64,000 nucleotides of DNA from Octopus vulgaris (GCA_951406725.2 OX597819.1:19902001-19966000); one strand, 5' to 3'. Positions 41,161-55,825 are shown, counted from the stretch's first letter. The notes: generated from the sequence alone by a model not told the origin. Made by a program: numbers and translations.

Positions 41161-41256
41161 ACCTGAAGATTGGGAGTATGTCGACTCGAGTAAGTATTGA
41201 AACTAGATAGCTCGTTTTTAAACAATACCGACGTGCTTTCATGAAACACGTGTAGT
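41161..41256 (+). ncRNA. minimal hammerhead ribozyme, right arm
   Basis: CTGAAGA at 41163-41169. Stem II TGGGAGTATGTCG/CGACGTGCTTTCA pairs over 13 bp with G-U wobbles. GAAAC-ACGT-GTA contains palindromic ACACGTGT. Stem I is only about 2 bp. Confidence 0.65.
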
Positions 41257-41506
41257 CCTTATAAACGAAAAGTACAGGATTCAGAATAAATATAGTTATT
41301 AGAAGATTTAATTTTTAACATTTTATTGAGTGGTGGGTATAAAATCTTTCAGTGTTCATTGAGTTGAAGCTGGTTCTGTCTCTAAAATTATTTTTATATA
41401 TAAGAATAAAACTTTGAGAGATGTTCATTTTAGTACATCTAATTTGAATGTCTTTTTCCTGTGTACTTGGAAGTAATTTTCCCTAATAATTATAATAATA
41501 TAATAT

Positions 41507-41564
<58 letters not shown>

Positions 41565-43533
41565 GATTCAAATAAATTGAAAACCAAGTGTATTAAATGT
41601 TATACCTAGCAGTTGCACCAAATTTATAATTATAGTTGAAATGAAATTTCTGTTGTGTGCATTAGAAAATATGCCAGAATTACTCGAACATTAACGGGAG
41701 TAAGTTTCAAGGTGTTGGTAATCTTCCCAAGAATTGGAAGATAAGCTACAACTTTATCTTTGAGTCTTTCTATATATATATGAAGGTTAGTCCATATACC
41801 TTTCGCCGTTGAATACACGCGCATGCATGAACCCACACCCACTCTATCTCTCTCACACATATATATATCTTTCAAATCTTCAGCTGATGTTCTTATCTGG
41901 AGGTTATTTGTGATGTTTTACCTCATTTCCCCTATGATTATATGCGCTTCAGATATATTATAAACAATCTATGTTTGTGTCTTGTCCCCATTTTCTTCGA
42001 AAATGCAGCGCAATTTCATGACTTCGATTACGTGAAGTTTCTGACTTTTGTTATAATATCACCATGGGAACCAGAAATAAAGTGAAAAATGTGAGTTTGA
42101 AGTAACCGCTTTCTCGTGTGTCCTTCAAAAAGGTGTTTTAAACGGAGTAACATAAGGATAAGCGTTTCCTTCAAACTTTCATTTTATATTTGAAAAATAC
42201 ATTCAGAGATTGGATATCCAAAAGAAAACGAAACTCGGTTTACCATTTGACGACCGTAAACAAGAAACACCGTGGGCTGTAAATAAGAAACTTTCGGTGT
42301 TAATCTATTTAAAACACTCAACATTTAGTTTGAGAACTGTAAATCAAGTGAACGCATCCATATTCCCACGCCATAACCATAAAGGCATTAAACGCACATA
42401 CGTATATGACTATGTATATACACTACATGCATACAAATATTTGTGTATGCGCGCGTGTGTGAGTATGTGCGTAGTGATGTATGCATATGACCCGCGCACA
42501 CATACGTGTGTATGCTCGTAGTGTATATACATAGTTAAGCACGCATACACACAAACACATACATACACAAATACACACACATACACACACACACACACAC
42601 ATAAATATATATATATATATAAATGTGACTATGATGTTAGGAAAAACCTTTATTGCTAGAAATAAGAGCTAATCTGCTCTAATGCTGCAGTTAATGAACA
42701 TGCAGTTAAAGACCTCATGAACGTGGCATACTTTGGATCTTCGCTTAAGAGCAAAAATGACCGTTATGTTCAAGTTTTTTCGATGTCAATAGAAGGTTGC
42801 TTACCACTTATTTCCAGCTGCTGTGATGGTTTTATAAGTGGTGAATTCTGTGTCTTTATGCGGCTTCACATCTTTTGCACGGGATTTTAGAATTATTACT
42901 GCTAGATATATTGAGGGGCTGGAGACAGGTGTCTAGATATGGTAGTATGAAGTAAGCAACGGAAGGGCACCCTTTACGATCAAGTAACAACAAGCATGTC
43001 CAGAAAAACCAGAGCTAAATTCTGTGGTCACTATGTCTGCGAATTTGCTGAAAGATAACGTGTTCGACGACCTCAGAATATCAAAGTTTCACTGAATACG
43101 GCCATCGCTTTTGTGATATCAATAGTGAATAAAGACCATTTAGTGCAGTTATATCAACGTTTCCATTGACTCAAAAATGAAGGCGGATTAATAAATAATC
43201 GTACAAGAATGCTTATCTATGTTTTACTAAATAACCGAAAATATATTTAAATATTTATTTGCTTCCGGTATATTAGCAAGCTAGTAACTGAATTTACTCT
43301 TGTTTTAGAGTAATTCATTCTCTTTGGTTTATATTTTCTACAGTATTTCATGGCAACGGCATAATTTCTTGCTTCGAATGTTATGGTGCACTCTAAAGAT
43401 GAGGTTCTTTTAAATGCATAGTATGATAATCCATGGCATTACTCTTTACGGCTAAGACACATAAGACGAAGTTGATGCGTTAACGACGTAATCCTATTCA
43501 TATAATGGACCATGTTTTTGTTTTTTTCTCTAG

Positions 43534-43618
43534 GTGACGAATTTAACAAAAGTTGAAAATACATTCAGCTGCCACAAGTTCATGCCAGAAAATAAACAAC
43601 TAAAACTATCAAGAAAAG
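43534..43618 (+). other. candidate internal exon (85 nt)
   Basis: Acceptor TTTTTTTCTCTAG, donor AAG|GTATTT, and open phase-0 frame VTNLTKVENTFSCHKFMPENKQLKLSRK. No recognisable homology. Confidence 0.35.
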
Positions 43619-46002
43619 GTATTTCTGAAAAGGGATTTAAAAGCTGTTTATATTTTATAGTTTTTACATCTGTTGATACAAGTCAATGTACACAGCACTA
43701 AAAATGAATCCGATTCATTTCTTTCTTTATTGATATCGACTTCATTCGCTTCTTTCAGTAAGGCATATCAGAAAATATATATATATAAAAACTATTGCTT
43801 TTCACAAAATATCAATCGGTGAATTTTCCTGTATTTAAATATTCGAATACTGTGCTCTCTAGAAATGTCTTAATTGTAAGGTAATTAGGTCAGTAAGTGT
43901 GTGTTGACATTTGTAGAAATCAAATATATGTGAAGCATGGCTACAGATATGTTGCCAAGAAAACATACTGTTGTCACTAAATCGAAGAACTCTATGGTAA
44001 TTATTGGTGTTGTTTGGAGTTGTAGTGGTCATTTTCCAAAACATACACAAAAAAGTTTACTTTAATTTCTCGGTCAAGTTGTTAAGTAAATAATAGGCTA
44101 ATCTAATTTAGAGAATGTGACCCATAATTATTTTGCTGACATTCAACACTTTTTCAATATTTTGTTTGAAGTAAATGATATTAGATTGCTGATCGTTTGA
44201 AGAATTTCAAGCACCCTACATTAATTAAATATTTATTTCTGTAATTTTGTGAGTGTTTTACGTGTTTTGTTTATCGAGATTATATTAGAATAATATGTAG
44301 TATTTCTTGTTGTTACTTTAAGTTTTTTATCTTGCGTGTTAATATAACACTTATTTATGAGCGTATTCAATTAGGAGAATCCGTAGATAATGCAAAACAC
44401 ACATTCAAGCACTTAATTACAGGTATTTATGTTCCGAATTTTAATCATATGAAGATTAACCCAGTTTTCCATTACTTTGTGATAAACAAAATAAGTACAA
44501 GTTAAGCATTCGTGCCCATAAAATTATTTCTGTCAGCACATCTATAGTGAAGGCCGTCTCAAATCTCTAGCACAGATACCTGATGACATAAAGATACTAC
44601 TGATATTGTTTGGAATACTAAAGTGTAATCTAAAAATCTTCTAAATCTGAAAAAGGAAAATTGGCTGTTTAGCGAAAGTATCTTTAACGTAGATTTATAA
44701 TTCCACATAATCTCCATGTTTAGAAGGACGGCAAACTTTCCCTATATCCTATGACTGGGTGAATCTGAAGAATCGGATTCAAAGTCACAGAACAACGGAA
44801 ATTTCCACCGTGATTATTTGATTGTGTATTTGGGCATAATTTCTTGAATCATATTAACTGTGTGTCTGTCTGTCTATCTATATATCTATATTTCTATCTA
44901 CCTATCAATCTCTCTCTCTATCTGCCTCTATCTAACTATTGATCGATCGATATATCTCTCTATAGTCTGTCAGTTTATCTAAAGCTATTGAGGACCTGTC
45001 GGCGGGTATTTATTTGAGACAAAACAGCAACAAGATCAGAGTTAACAAGAACAATGTAATAACAAAGGTGGCATAAACACAATGCTACACACCATACTTT
45101 GCCCCACAGTCTCCTGACATCGAAACAAATGCAACCGACACAACTACCAACTCACGGATGTTTGTTAAAATTTAGCATCAACAATAATTATACGAGAAGG
45201 AGATCATTTTCTGTAGCTACATATGTTGTACGTCAATACGAAAAGTTGTTTGTTTGTGTGTTTGTTTGTTTGAGAAAGATCGAGAGAGATCAGAATCAGG
45301 ATGTTGCGTGGATAAAGTCGGAGACAACGGGGCCGAAATGCCAGGTTCTGGTAAGCATTCAACTAACTGCAATTACGCAACGTTTCCTTAAATCTCAATA
45401 CTACATCCTTTCTTGTTATTACTCTTATTACAGCCACAGAATAATAAGAGTCATTTTCTGGTGTGTGTTCTACATACTTCTGATGGATATTTGTTGATCG
45501 GTTCTGGCAGAACTGCAAAAGATCCATGGTAATACGTCAGAAAGTGACTCCCTTGAAGTTGAAGGAATGTGTAAATGGGATAACGATACAGAATGAGATA
45601 AGGACTGCATTGTACGATGTTGCCTTCGCTCTCACTCTCGCTCTCTCCCCTTTTTCTGTTCCTCTCTCTCTTTCTATCTCTCTCTGTCTCTCTCGCCGTC
45701 AGTATGCGACTAACTGAAAACTTATTTTACATTATTCTTATCTTCATTTCATGAACGTCTTGTCTGTGTGATTGATGTTTGAAGAATATTTTTTAATGCA
45801 GTGAGCATTGTTTCATGAAGTTTGCAATTTAATTATATTTTACAAGAAATCAAGCTTTCAAGGATGGTCTCCATAATCGGTTAAGACGAAATATAGAGCA
45901 CTATTTTTTTAAATATTTTTCTTTCTTGGCCAAGTAAACCGTAACTACTTGCTTTATGTGCGCCTGGCGTTTTACTTTCTGTACTGTGTATTCCGTATAT
46001 AT

Positions 46003-46578
46003 CTATTTCTTTATTGCCCACAGGGAGCTTAACATGGAGGGGACAACCAGAGACATCGAGTCCAGTGCGTAACTGGTACTTGTTTAATCGACCGAGAAAC
46101 GATGAAATGCAAATTCAACCTCGGCGCGATTTGAACTCAGAACGTAGCAGCAAACGAAATACCTATTTCTTTACTAGCCACAAGGGCTAAACACAGAGAG
46201 GACTAACAATGACAGACAAACGGATTAAGTCGATTATATCGACCCCAGTGCGTAACTGGTACTTATTTAATCGACCCCCAATGGATGAAAGGCAAAGTCG
46301 ACCTCGGCGGAATTTGAATTCAGAACGTAGCGGCAAACGAAGCACCTATTTCTTTACTACCCACGAGGGGCTACACATAGAGAGGACAAACAAGGACAGA
46401 CAAACGGATTATGTCGATTACATCGACCTCAGTGCGTAACTGGTACTTATTTCATCCACCCCGGAAGGATGAAAGGCAAAGTCGACCTCGGCGGATTTTA
46501 AACACAGAACATAGCGGCAGACGAAATACGGCTAGGCATTTCGGCCGGCGAGCTAACGTTTCTGCCAACTCGCCACCC
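46003..46578 (-). mobile_element. SINE family A, one head plus three tandem bodies, with TSD
   Basis: Bodies at about 46003-46162, 46163-46346 and 46347-46530, with the head to 46578. TSD-like TGTATTCCRTAT lies at 45987-45998 and 46579-46590. Confidence 0.9.
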
Positions 46579-47104
46579 TGTATTCCATATTTATTAAGAA
46601 TGTATGTGAATGTCTTGCATATGCTTTCAGTTATTTTCCTCTGTTCTGTGTGCATGTGCGTATGTATGCACGTACATGTATCTGTACCACCTTCGTCCTA
46701 TGCTACCTAGTTGACCGTCCTTGTTCTGTTATATTTTCTGTTATTATAATATCGGAACGTAATAGATTTAGTGTGCAGCACCGTTGAGATTCTCGTTGAT
46801 GGAAGTAGGTTGGTGTACCTGTGCTTCAAATTGTTTGCGTTGGGAAATATATACTTACGTAAATGTTTTCTGAGTAGGTTTTGCAAATGCATGTGAAATT
46901 CGTGTCGATATAAGATATAAAGACCTACCCATCCTTAGTAGATTTTTTTTTTTTTTCTGTTTTAGATACGCAGGGTCTGGTGCTTCCTTAGTGGTTCTAA
47001 TCCGAATTGTAGATTTGGGATAGATGAGTGTGTTAGACATGGTAAAATGCCGTCTTTTTAGTTTTGAAAAGAAGATCGATGTATCTTCATTATATTATTT
47101 CAAC

Positions 47105-47762
47105 TAAGGCGGCAAGCCAGCAGAAACGTTAGCACGCCGGACAAAATGCTGAGCGGTATTTCGTCTGTCTTTACGTTCTGAGTTCAAATTCCGCCGAGGT
47201 CGACTTTGTGATGATGACGACGACGACGACGACGACGTCGATGGTGATGATGATGATGATAGTGATGCTGATGTCACTAATAAGGTGTAGGAGGATATCA
47301 TGATGGGACGATGATGATGATTGTGACGTAACTGTTTATTATCATTGTTGTATGTTGTTATTAAGGCGGTGGAGCTGGCAGAATCGTTAGCACACCGTGC
47401 GAAATGCTTAGCGGTATTTCGTCTGCCGTTACATTCTGAGTTCAAATTCCGCCGAGGTCAACTATGCCTTTCCTCCTTTCGGGGTCGATAAACTAAGTAC
47501 CAGTTACGCACTGGAGTCGATGTAATCGACTTAATCCGTTTGTCTGTCCTTGTTTGTCCCCTCTGTGTTTAACCCCTTGTGGGTAGTAAAGAAATAGGTA
47601 TTCGTTTGTCTTTACGTTCTGAGTTCAAATTCCGCCGAGTTCGACTTTGTCTTTCACCCTTGAGGGTGGATAAATTAAGTACCAGTTGCGTACTGGGGGT
47701 CACTCTAATCGACTGGTTCCCTCCCAAGAATATCGGGCCTTGTGTCTAGAATAGAAAAAGAT
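47105..47762 (+). mobile_element. SINE family A: head fragment, (GAT/GAC)n tract, then a head plus two bodies
   Basis: Head at 47105-47208, full monomer at 47362-47598, second body re-entering at GGTATTCGT up to about 47760. Confidence 0.9.
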
Positions 47763-48714
47763 TATATTATTTCAAATGATAATAATAGTTCAAATAGTAA
47801 TAAAAGATAATTTTATTATGACACGCCTTTGATATTGCAAATAAAATGTTAGTACGAATAAACCTAAATATTAGGTATTTTAATATTTCCGTCAGGTTGC
47901 AGACTTTGAGGCATCTGATATTTTGTGGTTGAACATTGTTAGATTTGATTTTTGGATTGTGAATGACTAATGGAAGGAAAGCATTCAATGCAGTTGTGGA
48001 TCATGGAGGTGGACATGAGTGTCGCATTTGCCATCCTTCCTCATGTTTTGTCTCGTGGGTGATTTTTTCTTCAGAAGCGTATTCTCTAAGAGGGATTTTG
48101 TATTTCGAGTATTATTACTTGTGGTTGTAATTATGATATAAAGTGTCGCATGAACATTGTAAACCGTTGCAGCTGCTGCTAGTTATTCCCTATAGTGTTA
48201 AAGTGAGCATTTGGTGGTTCATGTTTTCTGCAAATATTTGTCACTATTATGTTTTTCTAAGAAATATTTAATAATTGTATCAGTTCCCTCTTTAGATTTC
48301 TGATACAAGGTGTTGTTTATTTTGTTTGCGGTTTTTGGTGATGAAGGTTCTACATGCGTTCTAAAAGGTTGGCTATTTCTTATCAGTAGGTAATGGTGGT
48401 GCGTGGACGGGTTGTAAAATTGGTGGAGGTGTTGGTGGTTGTAATGCCCGTGTCCAACATTTGCGTTGAGAGTGGGGATGGCGTTGGTTTAGATGCTGTT
48501 GTCATTGGTGGCAGCCACGGCGGCGGGGTGGGGTGGGAGTGACGAGAATGGAATGGAATGGGTGGTGGTGGCGACGGAGGAATTTTTTTCCGTTGTAATA
48601 ATGTTATAGACATGAAAATGAAATTCAAAATTTGCTGGAATGACATCAAGCATCAGGAACACTAGCAACATTGGTAGGAATACTAGCGACGGTGGGGTTT
48701 GCGGCGGCAGCGAC

Positions 48715-48750
<36 letters not shown>

Positions 48751-48751
48751 T

Positions 48752-48784
<33 letters not shown>

Positions 48785-49043
48785 AAGTAGTAGTAGTAGT
48801 GAGAAAAAGAAGAGGAAGAAACGGGAAGAAAAGAGAAGAAAAAGAAAGAGGAATAAAAGGAAATAAGTTGAAGAAGAAAATGAAGAAGAAAGAGAAATAA
48901 AAGGGAAGACGAAGTAGAAGTAAATAGAAGAAAACGGAAGAGGAATAAAAGGGAACAAGAAGAAGAAGAAGAAAGAGGAATAAAAGGAAGAAGAATGAAA
49001 GGAAAGGAAAAGAAAGTGGAATAACAGAGAAGAGGAAGCGGAG

Positions 49044-49108
<65 letters not shown>

Positions 49109-49216
49109 GTAATAATAATAATGAAAGTAATAATAATAATATGATGATGATGATGATGATGATGATGACGACGATGATGACGATGACGACGATGATGATG
49201 ATGATGATGATGATGT

Positions 49217-49268
<52 letters not shown>

Positions 49269-49331
49269 AAAGCTGATGATGATGATGATGATGATGATGA
49301 TAAAGCTGATGATGATGATGATGATGATAAA

Positions 49332-49387
<56 letters not shown>

Positions 49388-49412
49388 CGATATTGATGCT
49401 GATGATGATGAT
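48715..49412. repeat. compound microsatellite (GCA)n(TAG)n, purine tract, (TAA)n(GAT)n
   Basis: Seen directly. It explains the poly-S, poly-H and poly-M ORFs. Confidence 0.97.
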
Positions 49413-52031
49413 AAAAAGTCACAAGCAGAGCAAACATATATGAAGGGGGGAAGAAGTAGATAGGACACGTTGACGGATAAAATTTGCAATTTCGATAATT
49501 GAAGATAAAGGCATGGAATAAATAAACAAATAAATCAACAAATAGAAAAAAAAAATCTTGTTTCATTTCTTTTTTTTTTCTTTCTTTAAATCCCAGCCTT
49601 GGCGGTTGGGGAGTGTCTTTGAGAATGTGTGTGTGTGTGTGTGTGTGTTTGTACCTAGAATCTTTGTGTATGTATATACGGTTACCAGAATCGTTTACAT
49701 GCGAGAGTCTTACGTGTGTCTGCGCATGCATGCACCTGCCTGCTTGTTCATCAGTGAGTTTCTATTGTACGTGCGCATTTTTCATCAGCTGTGTATGTGG
49801 CCCTCTTAAGTATGTATATGTGTATGCACGCGTGTGTGTGTGTGTGTTTATGTGTGTGTGTCTGTGTGGTTTTGCTACTTTCCATATGTTAATGTGCGTG
49901 ATTAGGTGTGGATGTATGCGCATGCGCATGTTTGAGTTGTGACTTCGTTCCTTCTATTAAGGCGATGTTGCGTTGTATGGTTTGGTATTAGAATGCGTCC
50001 ATTTCTAAACTTTGTATGCGTTGCTATATGTGTTTATATACAGCCGTGTGTGCCGATGCTGCAAGTTTCCTTGCCTACATAGCTGCACCACAGTGTCTTT
50101 GAGCGCATTGTATGTGTCTGCTTTGTTCATTTCTATGTGTATTGTGCACACATGTGCACATGTTTAAACATATACACACATACGCACACATATGCATATG
50201 TATACGCACACATACACACACACGCATACACACATGTGTAATGTAAAGGTGTGTGTGTGTATGCATTTTCGTCTTCATCGTTCCCATGTGTAAGTGTTAG
50301 TGTGTTCTTGAGCGTGTGAGAGTTTATTATGGAATTAAGCTTTCGGAAGATTGCTCAGAATAAACAGAAAGAGACAGGGCTTGAATATGGAGTAGAAAGT
50401 GAATTATTATTCAATAGCAATACCATGGAAATGACATGTAGCAAAACTCCAATTAATTTAATGTCCAGTTAGCCCAGTTACTTGTTTAAAGCATCTGCCT
50501 CTCATGAGGCGGTGTTGAAGTGGTTCTATAGTAGCTGTTGTTGTTATTGTTCTGACGAAATACTCTCCGGTGAATTTGGCACACTTAATAATATTGCCAC
50601 TCAAAAATATAGTTACGCATCGGAAAAGTTCAAGGAAGTACAACACTACAAACCTACTTAGTTATGAGAGAGGTCACCAGTTCATTTAAGTGCACATGCA
50701 GTGGGGTGGGGTGGGGAAGAATATGGCTTCGCGTGAAGATCGTCGTAATACTGCGATTTCGCATTGAGGCTACATCCAGTATGAACGCATAACTAGAGAA
50801 ATACGAGCAACTGACAAAATATGTCTTGCAACAGCATGGAAATGCTAGATCAAGGGATTTCTGCGTGGCTGCGCCTCATCGACAACAGGTATCCACTGTC
50901 ATCTCCTCGGTAAAAATGAAGCAAATAGAAAATGAGGCTTGATATTGTTTACCTGTTGCAAAAGATTATGTGCTTTGAACATTGCAGGTCGCTACGATGC
51001 TTTCTCAAAATGAATACTGCATCATTCAGGGTGTTCTTACAGTATATCCACGTTAATTAAGCTATACAGATTACTATTTACAAATACATTTTACTCCAAG
51101 ACAAAATGTCAGATTCCTTCCCTAACTAATCTATACAAACTACAAGAAATTCTAAGTTTCACTAAATTTATTTGTGTGATTTTAAAATGTCATGAACGTA
51201 AGCTAGTATTGATATTTCTAACTGATGTAATGTTTTCTATGTAAGGGTACGAATTTCTCATCACAAGTATACGATTAGTGTTTGAAATCACTATTTAACA
51301 CTTTACAGTAATTTCTTTGCCATGGGCTGCAATCCACGCAAGCCTTTTTAGTGAGGTTAAGTAATAAAGACGGTGAATATGGTTGAGGGTATTGTACGTC
51401 AGTTCAAATGTCAGGCTTCGCACGCTATGTGATGCTCAATGGGCCTGAGAATAACGTCCCGGGAGAGTGAACAGCTATTTCAGGCATCCATTCAATGAGT
51501 AAAATATTCAGTTGATCGAACAACTAAACGATCATTCGAAAGAATCGATTTATGAGTACCCAGCAATATGTCTGTCTATTTGTAACTCTCAACCTCAATG
51601 TCCGTCTCCACTTTACCCACATTTCTTTCTCCATGCATGTACATGTGTATACGTATGTCTGTGTGTCTATGCATGTGTGTGTCCGTGTGTATTTTCACCA
51701 GCCTATGAGTGTATGACAATTTTATTGCTAATCTTCCTACCGACAAAATACGTAATTTTTCATTCACAATTCGGAATACGAATGAATCAGATTTTATGGT
51801 GAAGTGTCATTTGTGCTTTAAATTCTGGTTGATAAATTACTAGTATTTATCAGCAGGAAACCTTCGGTACCGGAGTGATAACAAAATATTATAAAACCCC
51901 CAAAAAGGAACAATTGCTTATCTAAATTTCCGGTGTTGGGTAACCATCCATGCAGTTCGTTACAAATGAATGAGTGCATGCATTCATACATAAATACATA
52001 ATGCTTATATATATATATATGTGTGTGTGTG

Positions 52032-52106
<75 letters not shown>

Positions 52107-52112
52107 CACATG

Positions 52113-52143
<31 letters not shown>

Positions 52144-52666
52144 TTATATTTGTATATGCATGTGTGTATATATGATGCAACCAAGCACACACTTTCGCAT
52201 ATGTATTTGTATTAATATAAATAAATGTATGTGTGTGTGTGTATGAGGAAACTAGTATTGCGTAATGGTGCATGGAGCTTTGTATGAAGAATATCGCTGT
52301 GTTTAAATACCTTAAACAAAATGCCGTTTATTTAAGACAAAAGAGAACCATGAAACCTTTACATGTGACCCAATCGCATTAGCGTTTTATGTAAAAGGAA
52401 ATTGATTTTACATGAAGTAGTATGTGTGGAGCAGGCATTCGAGTTCCTCAAACCGTGTTCAATAAGCATTTCTTGCGTTTTAGTTTTGTTTTTCTATGCA
52501 TATGTTATCAAATAGATATAACAGACCGAATATTCATTGTGCGAAATTTTCTCTTCTTTCCTGCGGCCATAAAAGAAGTATCCATGACTTGGATTCTCAT
52601 GTAAATAGCGTATGCCATGCATCTCATTGCTCGGCCCACACACGCAAATTACAAAGGTTTCGGATA

Positions 52667-52742
52667 CCACCACCACCACCACCACAACCACCACCGCCGC
52701 CGCCATCACCAGTACCACCACTACTGCTACTGCTGCTGCTGT

Positions 52743-52780
<38 letters not shown>

Positions 52781-52793
52781 TTACCACTACTAC

Positions 52794-52828
<35 letters not shown>

Positions 52829-52830
52829 TT
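52667..52830. repeat. (ACC)n/(ACT)n microsatellite
   Basis: Seen directly in the sequence. Confidence 0.95.
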
Positions 52831-53999
52831 ACAATATTGTCGTTTTTAAAATATTCTATTTAGTTATGATGTACAAAAGCTCCTGCCGTATTTAAGAAAA
52901 TTGGAGCCAATCACCCACTAAAAGAAAGGTAGAACTACCCACTTATGATCTCCCCTACATGTGTTTAGTCTAATGAATTTCTTCGTAAATTTGCTCTCGA
53001 AAAAGTATAAGAATGTATCTATGAAATATTTGGCAGAAAGATCGAAGGCAAGGGAACATGTTGTATAGAGGTCGACCAATCAATGTTTCTCCAATGTGTC
53101 ACAGATATGGATGAGACGATGAGGGAGATTTACATTTGATTTGTCGCGGCCGCCGTGTCTGTACCTGTTCACTGCAAAGTTGACTTGCAAACAGCCCTGG
53201 AAGATATGTCAAGTGAATTCTTGCTCATTGATAGAGAAAGGGTATTTGGTACTGCAAGTTTCTACATTGAAACAAAGGAACGGTGTATGGTGCAGCTGCA
53301 ATTTGCACATGACAAATCATCCTGTAAATTTTGCCTGGATATTTATCGAGAGAAATGCAAGAGTGAACCTGCTACACGGGTGAACGAAATCTACTTCTGA
53401 TGAGAATAATGTGGTAATCACTATTGTAACACATTTGATCCTCATTTTATTAGGTAAAGTTCACTTCCACCGTGAATAACCAGCTCAATAAAAAGATTAC
53501 AAGTAAGGAAAATAAAGATGCTCATCTATTGCCCTCCAGGTTGCCCTCCCAAAAGATGAAGAGAAGATTACTAAATATAGTTTATATGAATATGGTAGGT
53601 TAGATCGTGTATCAGGTTAATTGGGAGGTCATCGTATGAAGATAATAATCTTGGTTTCCTTGTGCGTGCTAATATTTGGTTTTGAAAATTAAGATTCTAT
53701 TTAATGGCGAATCGTATCAGGTAACCAATCAATGTATACACAGTATTTTATCTGCTGCACGCATGTAATGCATTCCGTTCGTTATCCTGTTTATATTAGA
53801 CTTGGAATGTGAGATTAGTGGAATCTATTTAACATTTCAAAAGTTTATCATTAATTACAGAGTAGAATAACAAAAATAGTTTTTATATTGAAAAAAAAAA
53901 CAATCCTTTTCGTCATGCGCTTTCTCAGAAATAAAATAAAAATAATTACGAATCAATGTTTTGTGATTTTTATATAATATCGTTGTCGTCGTCATGTAT

Positions 54000-54475
54000 C
54001 GTACTCTGGCAGCGCATTGATGGCACTACAATACATCTTCTCGATTAAGCGTGAGTTCTCCATATGTCTTGCCACACCTGTCGAAACAGCTCTTAATATT
54101 CTCCAATTTATTGCCTTCTTTGCCTGCCTTTTCTTCTGCAACCCCTATTCTCCCTACCATAAAATTGTTTTCTCTACCTCTACTTCTCTCCATATGGCCA
54201 CAGTCGATGACCTTTTGTTTTTCTGAATGTTCAGAAGCTGTTGTCTTTCACCTACTTGCTTTTCGTTCAATCCATTTGTCCGATAGACCTTGTAAGAGAC
54301 CCGCAACATTCTCGTATGCATCCACGCTTGAAATGTATTAATTGTGTTCTCTGTAAATTTCTCGAAAATCTATCCTTTACAAGAATATTCATCTTTGGCC
54401 AAGTGATCATTCACTCTACCCTTGCTTTTAACTTAGTTGCGACACTTTTGCTCCCCCAGAGTAGAAAATGTATCA
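54000..54475 (-). mobile_element. decayed RTE-type LINE ORF2 C-terminal fragment
   Basis: - strand pieces LWGSK, FQAWMHTRMLRVSYK..RTN, CGHMER and RRKGRQRRQ follow the RTE order LYGSE..R.L.I.W...TN..GH..R..GR. Confidence 0.6.
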
Positions 54476-55794
54476 AATGTATTAAGCAGAGTAGAAAATG
54501 TATCAAAAACGCATAGTCCTTATTCTCATGCAGTCCCCAAAACAAGAAAGGAAACAATAATCATGTTTGTAGGGAAAATGAAGGTAAATGATAACATCAA
54601 ATTCTTCAGTGAGAAGGGCTCGATATGTTAGCGGATAGGTTTTGTTTATTAAGGATGTGAGACTAAACAACAATGAAAATGCCTGAATAGTACGTCGTGT
54701 GCCCATCATGCAAATGTCAACCATTGGTCAGTTACCGTTTACAAAAAAGGTTATGATAGATCGTTTTTAAACAACTTTCTGTGTTCTAATCGTAAACGAA
54801 CCCATCTACAATAAAGCCCATATTTGTTAATATAACAAAGCTGCTGGCTAAGTACTCTAATGGGATTAAAGAACAGGATCGTTATCATACGTATAAACAA
54901 TAATCAGTGTCGTTTACCTATCTCCAATAACCGAAACTTAAAACTTCATCACCTAACAAAGTACGAAACAATTATTTGCACATTTTTAGCAAACATCTAA
55001 CATGTTTATCTTCAGAGTTCTACAATTCTTGAATTACTAACCGCCTTGGAAGTAAATTGAGAAGCAGCAGGTGCCAACAATTTCCTTCATAATTAATATA
55101 ACTTTAGAAATATTCCATCTGTGACATTTTTCCATTATATTTTCATTTGAAGAATATTTCTTTTCATAATATTTATACACCTTCACTTATATTATTTTAT
55201 ATTGAAACGAAAGGGTTATACATGAAAAAGAAACGTTTATTGCATCTAACCATATTATATTTGATGGCTCCTCTCTTTCTTAATAAAAGATGTTCCAGAT
55301 TCCAGTAAATTTTGCCACCTCAGAGGTCATATATCAAGCATTTTTGTATCTATGTTTATAGACCTATGATATCTACATCTATTACACCTATGTGTGTGTG
55401 TATGTGTGCATGTGTACATATATATGCAGAGGGAGACAGAGAGTTAGACTGGACAGTCAGTGATGTGTGTATATATGTGTGCGTATATGTATATGTGTGT
55501 ATGTGTGTATATGTATATGTATATGTGTGTGTATATGTATATGTGTGTATATGTATATATATATATATGTGTGTGTATGTATGTATATGTATATATCTAT
55601 ATATGTGTGTATATGTATATATATATATGCATATATATAGATATATAGATATTATGTATATATATACATATAGATATAAATATAAAGATATAAATATATG
55701 GATATAATATATACATATATATATAGATATAGATATAAAGATACAATATAGATATATAGATAGATAGATATAAATATATAGATATAATATATAT

Positions 55795-55825
<31 letters not shown>

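Larger units (their letters stand above)
40291..41390. mobile_element. fold-back element with inverted arms of about 270 bp, each carrying a hammerhead motif
   Basis: 40291-40560 resembles the reverse complement of about 41115-41390. Termini are TAATTTTAGAGAC / GTCTCTAAAATTA. Confidence 0.85.

Noticed and set aside
48640-49731. Long poly-His, poly-Ser and poly-Met ORFs (up to 326 aa)
   Set aside because: They arise from a compound trinucleotide microsatellite open in several frames, with no unique coding context.
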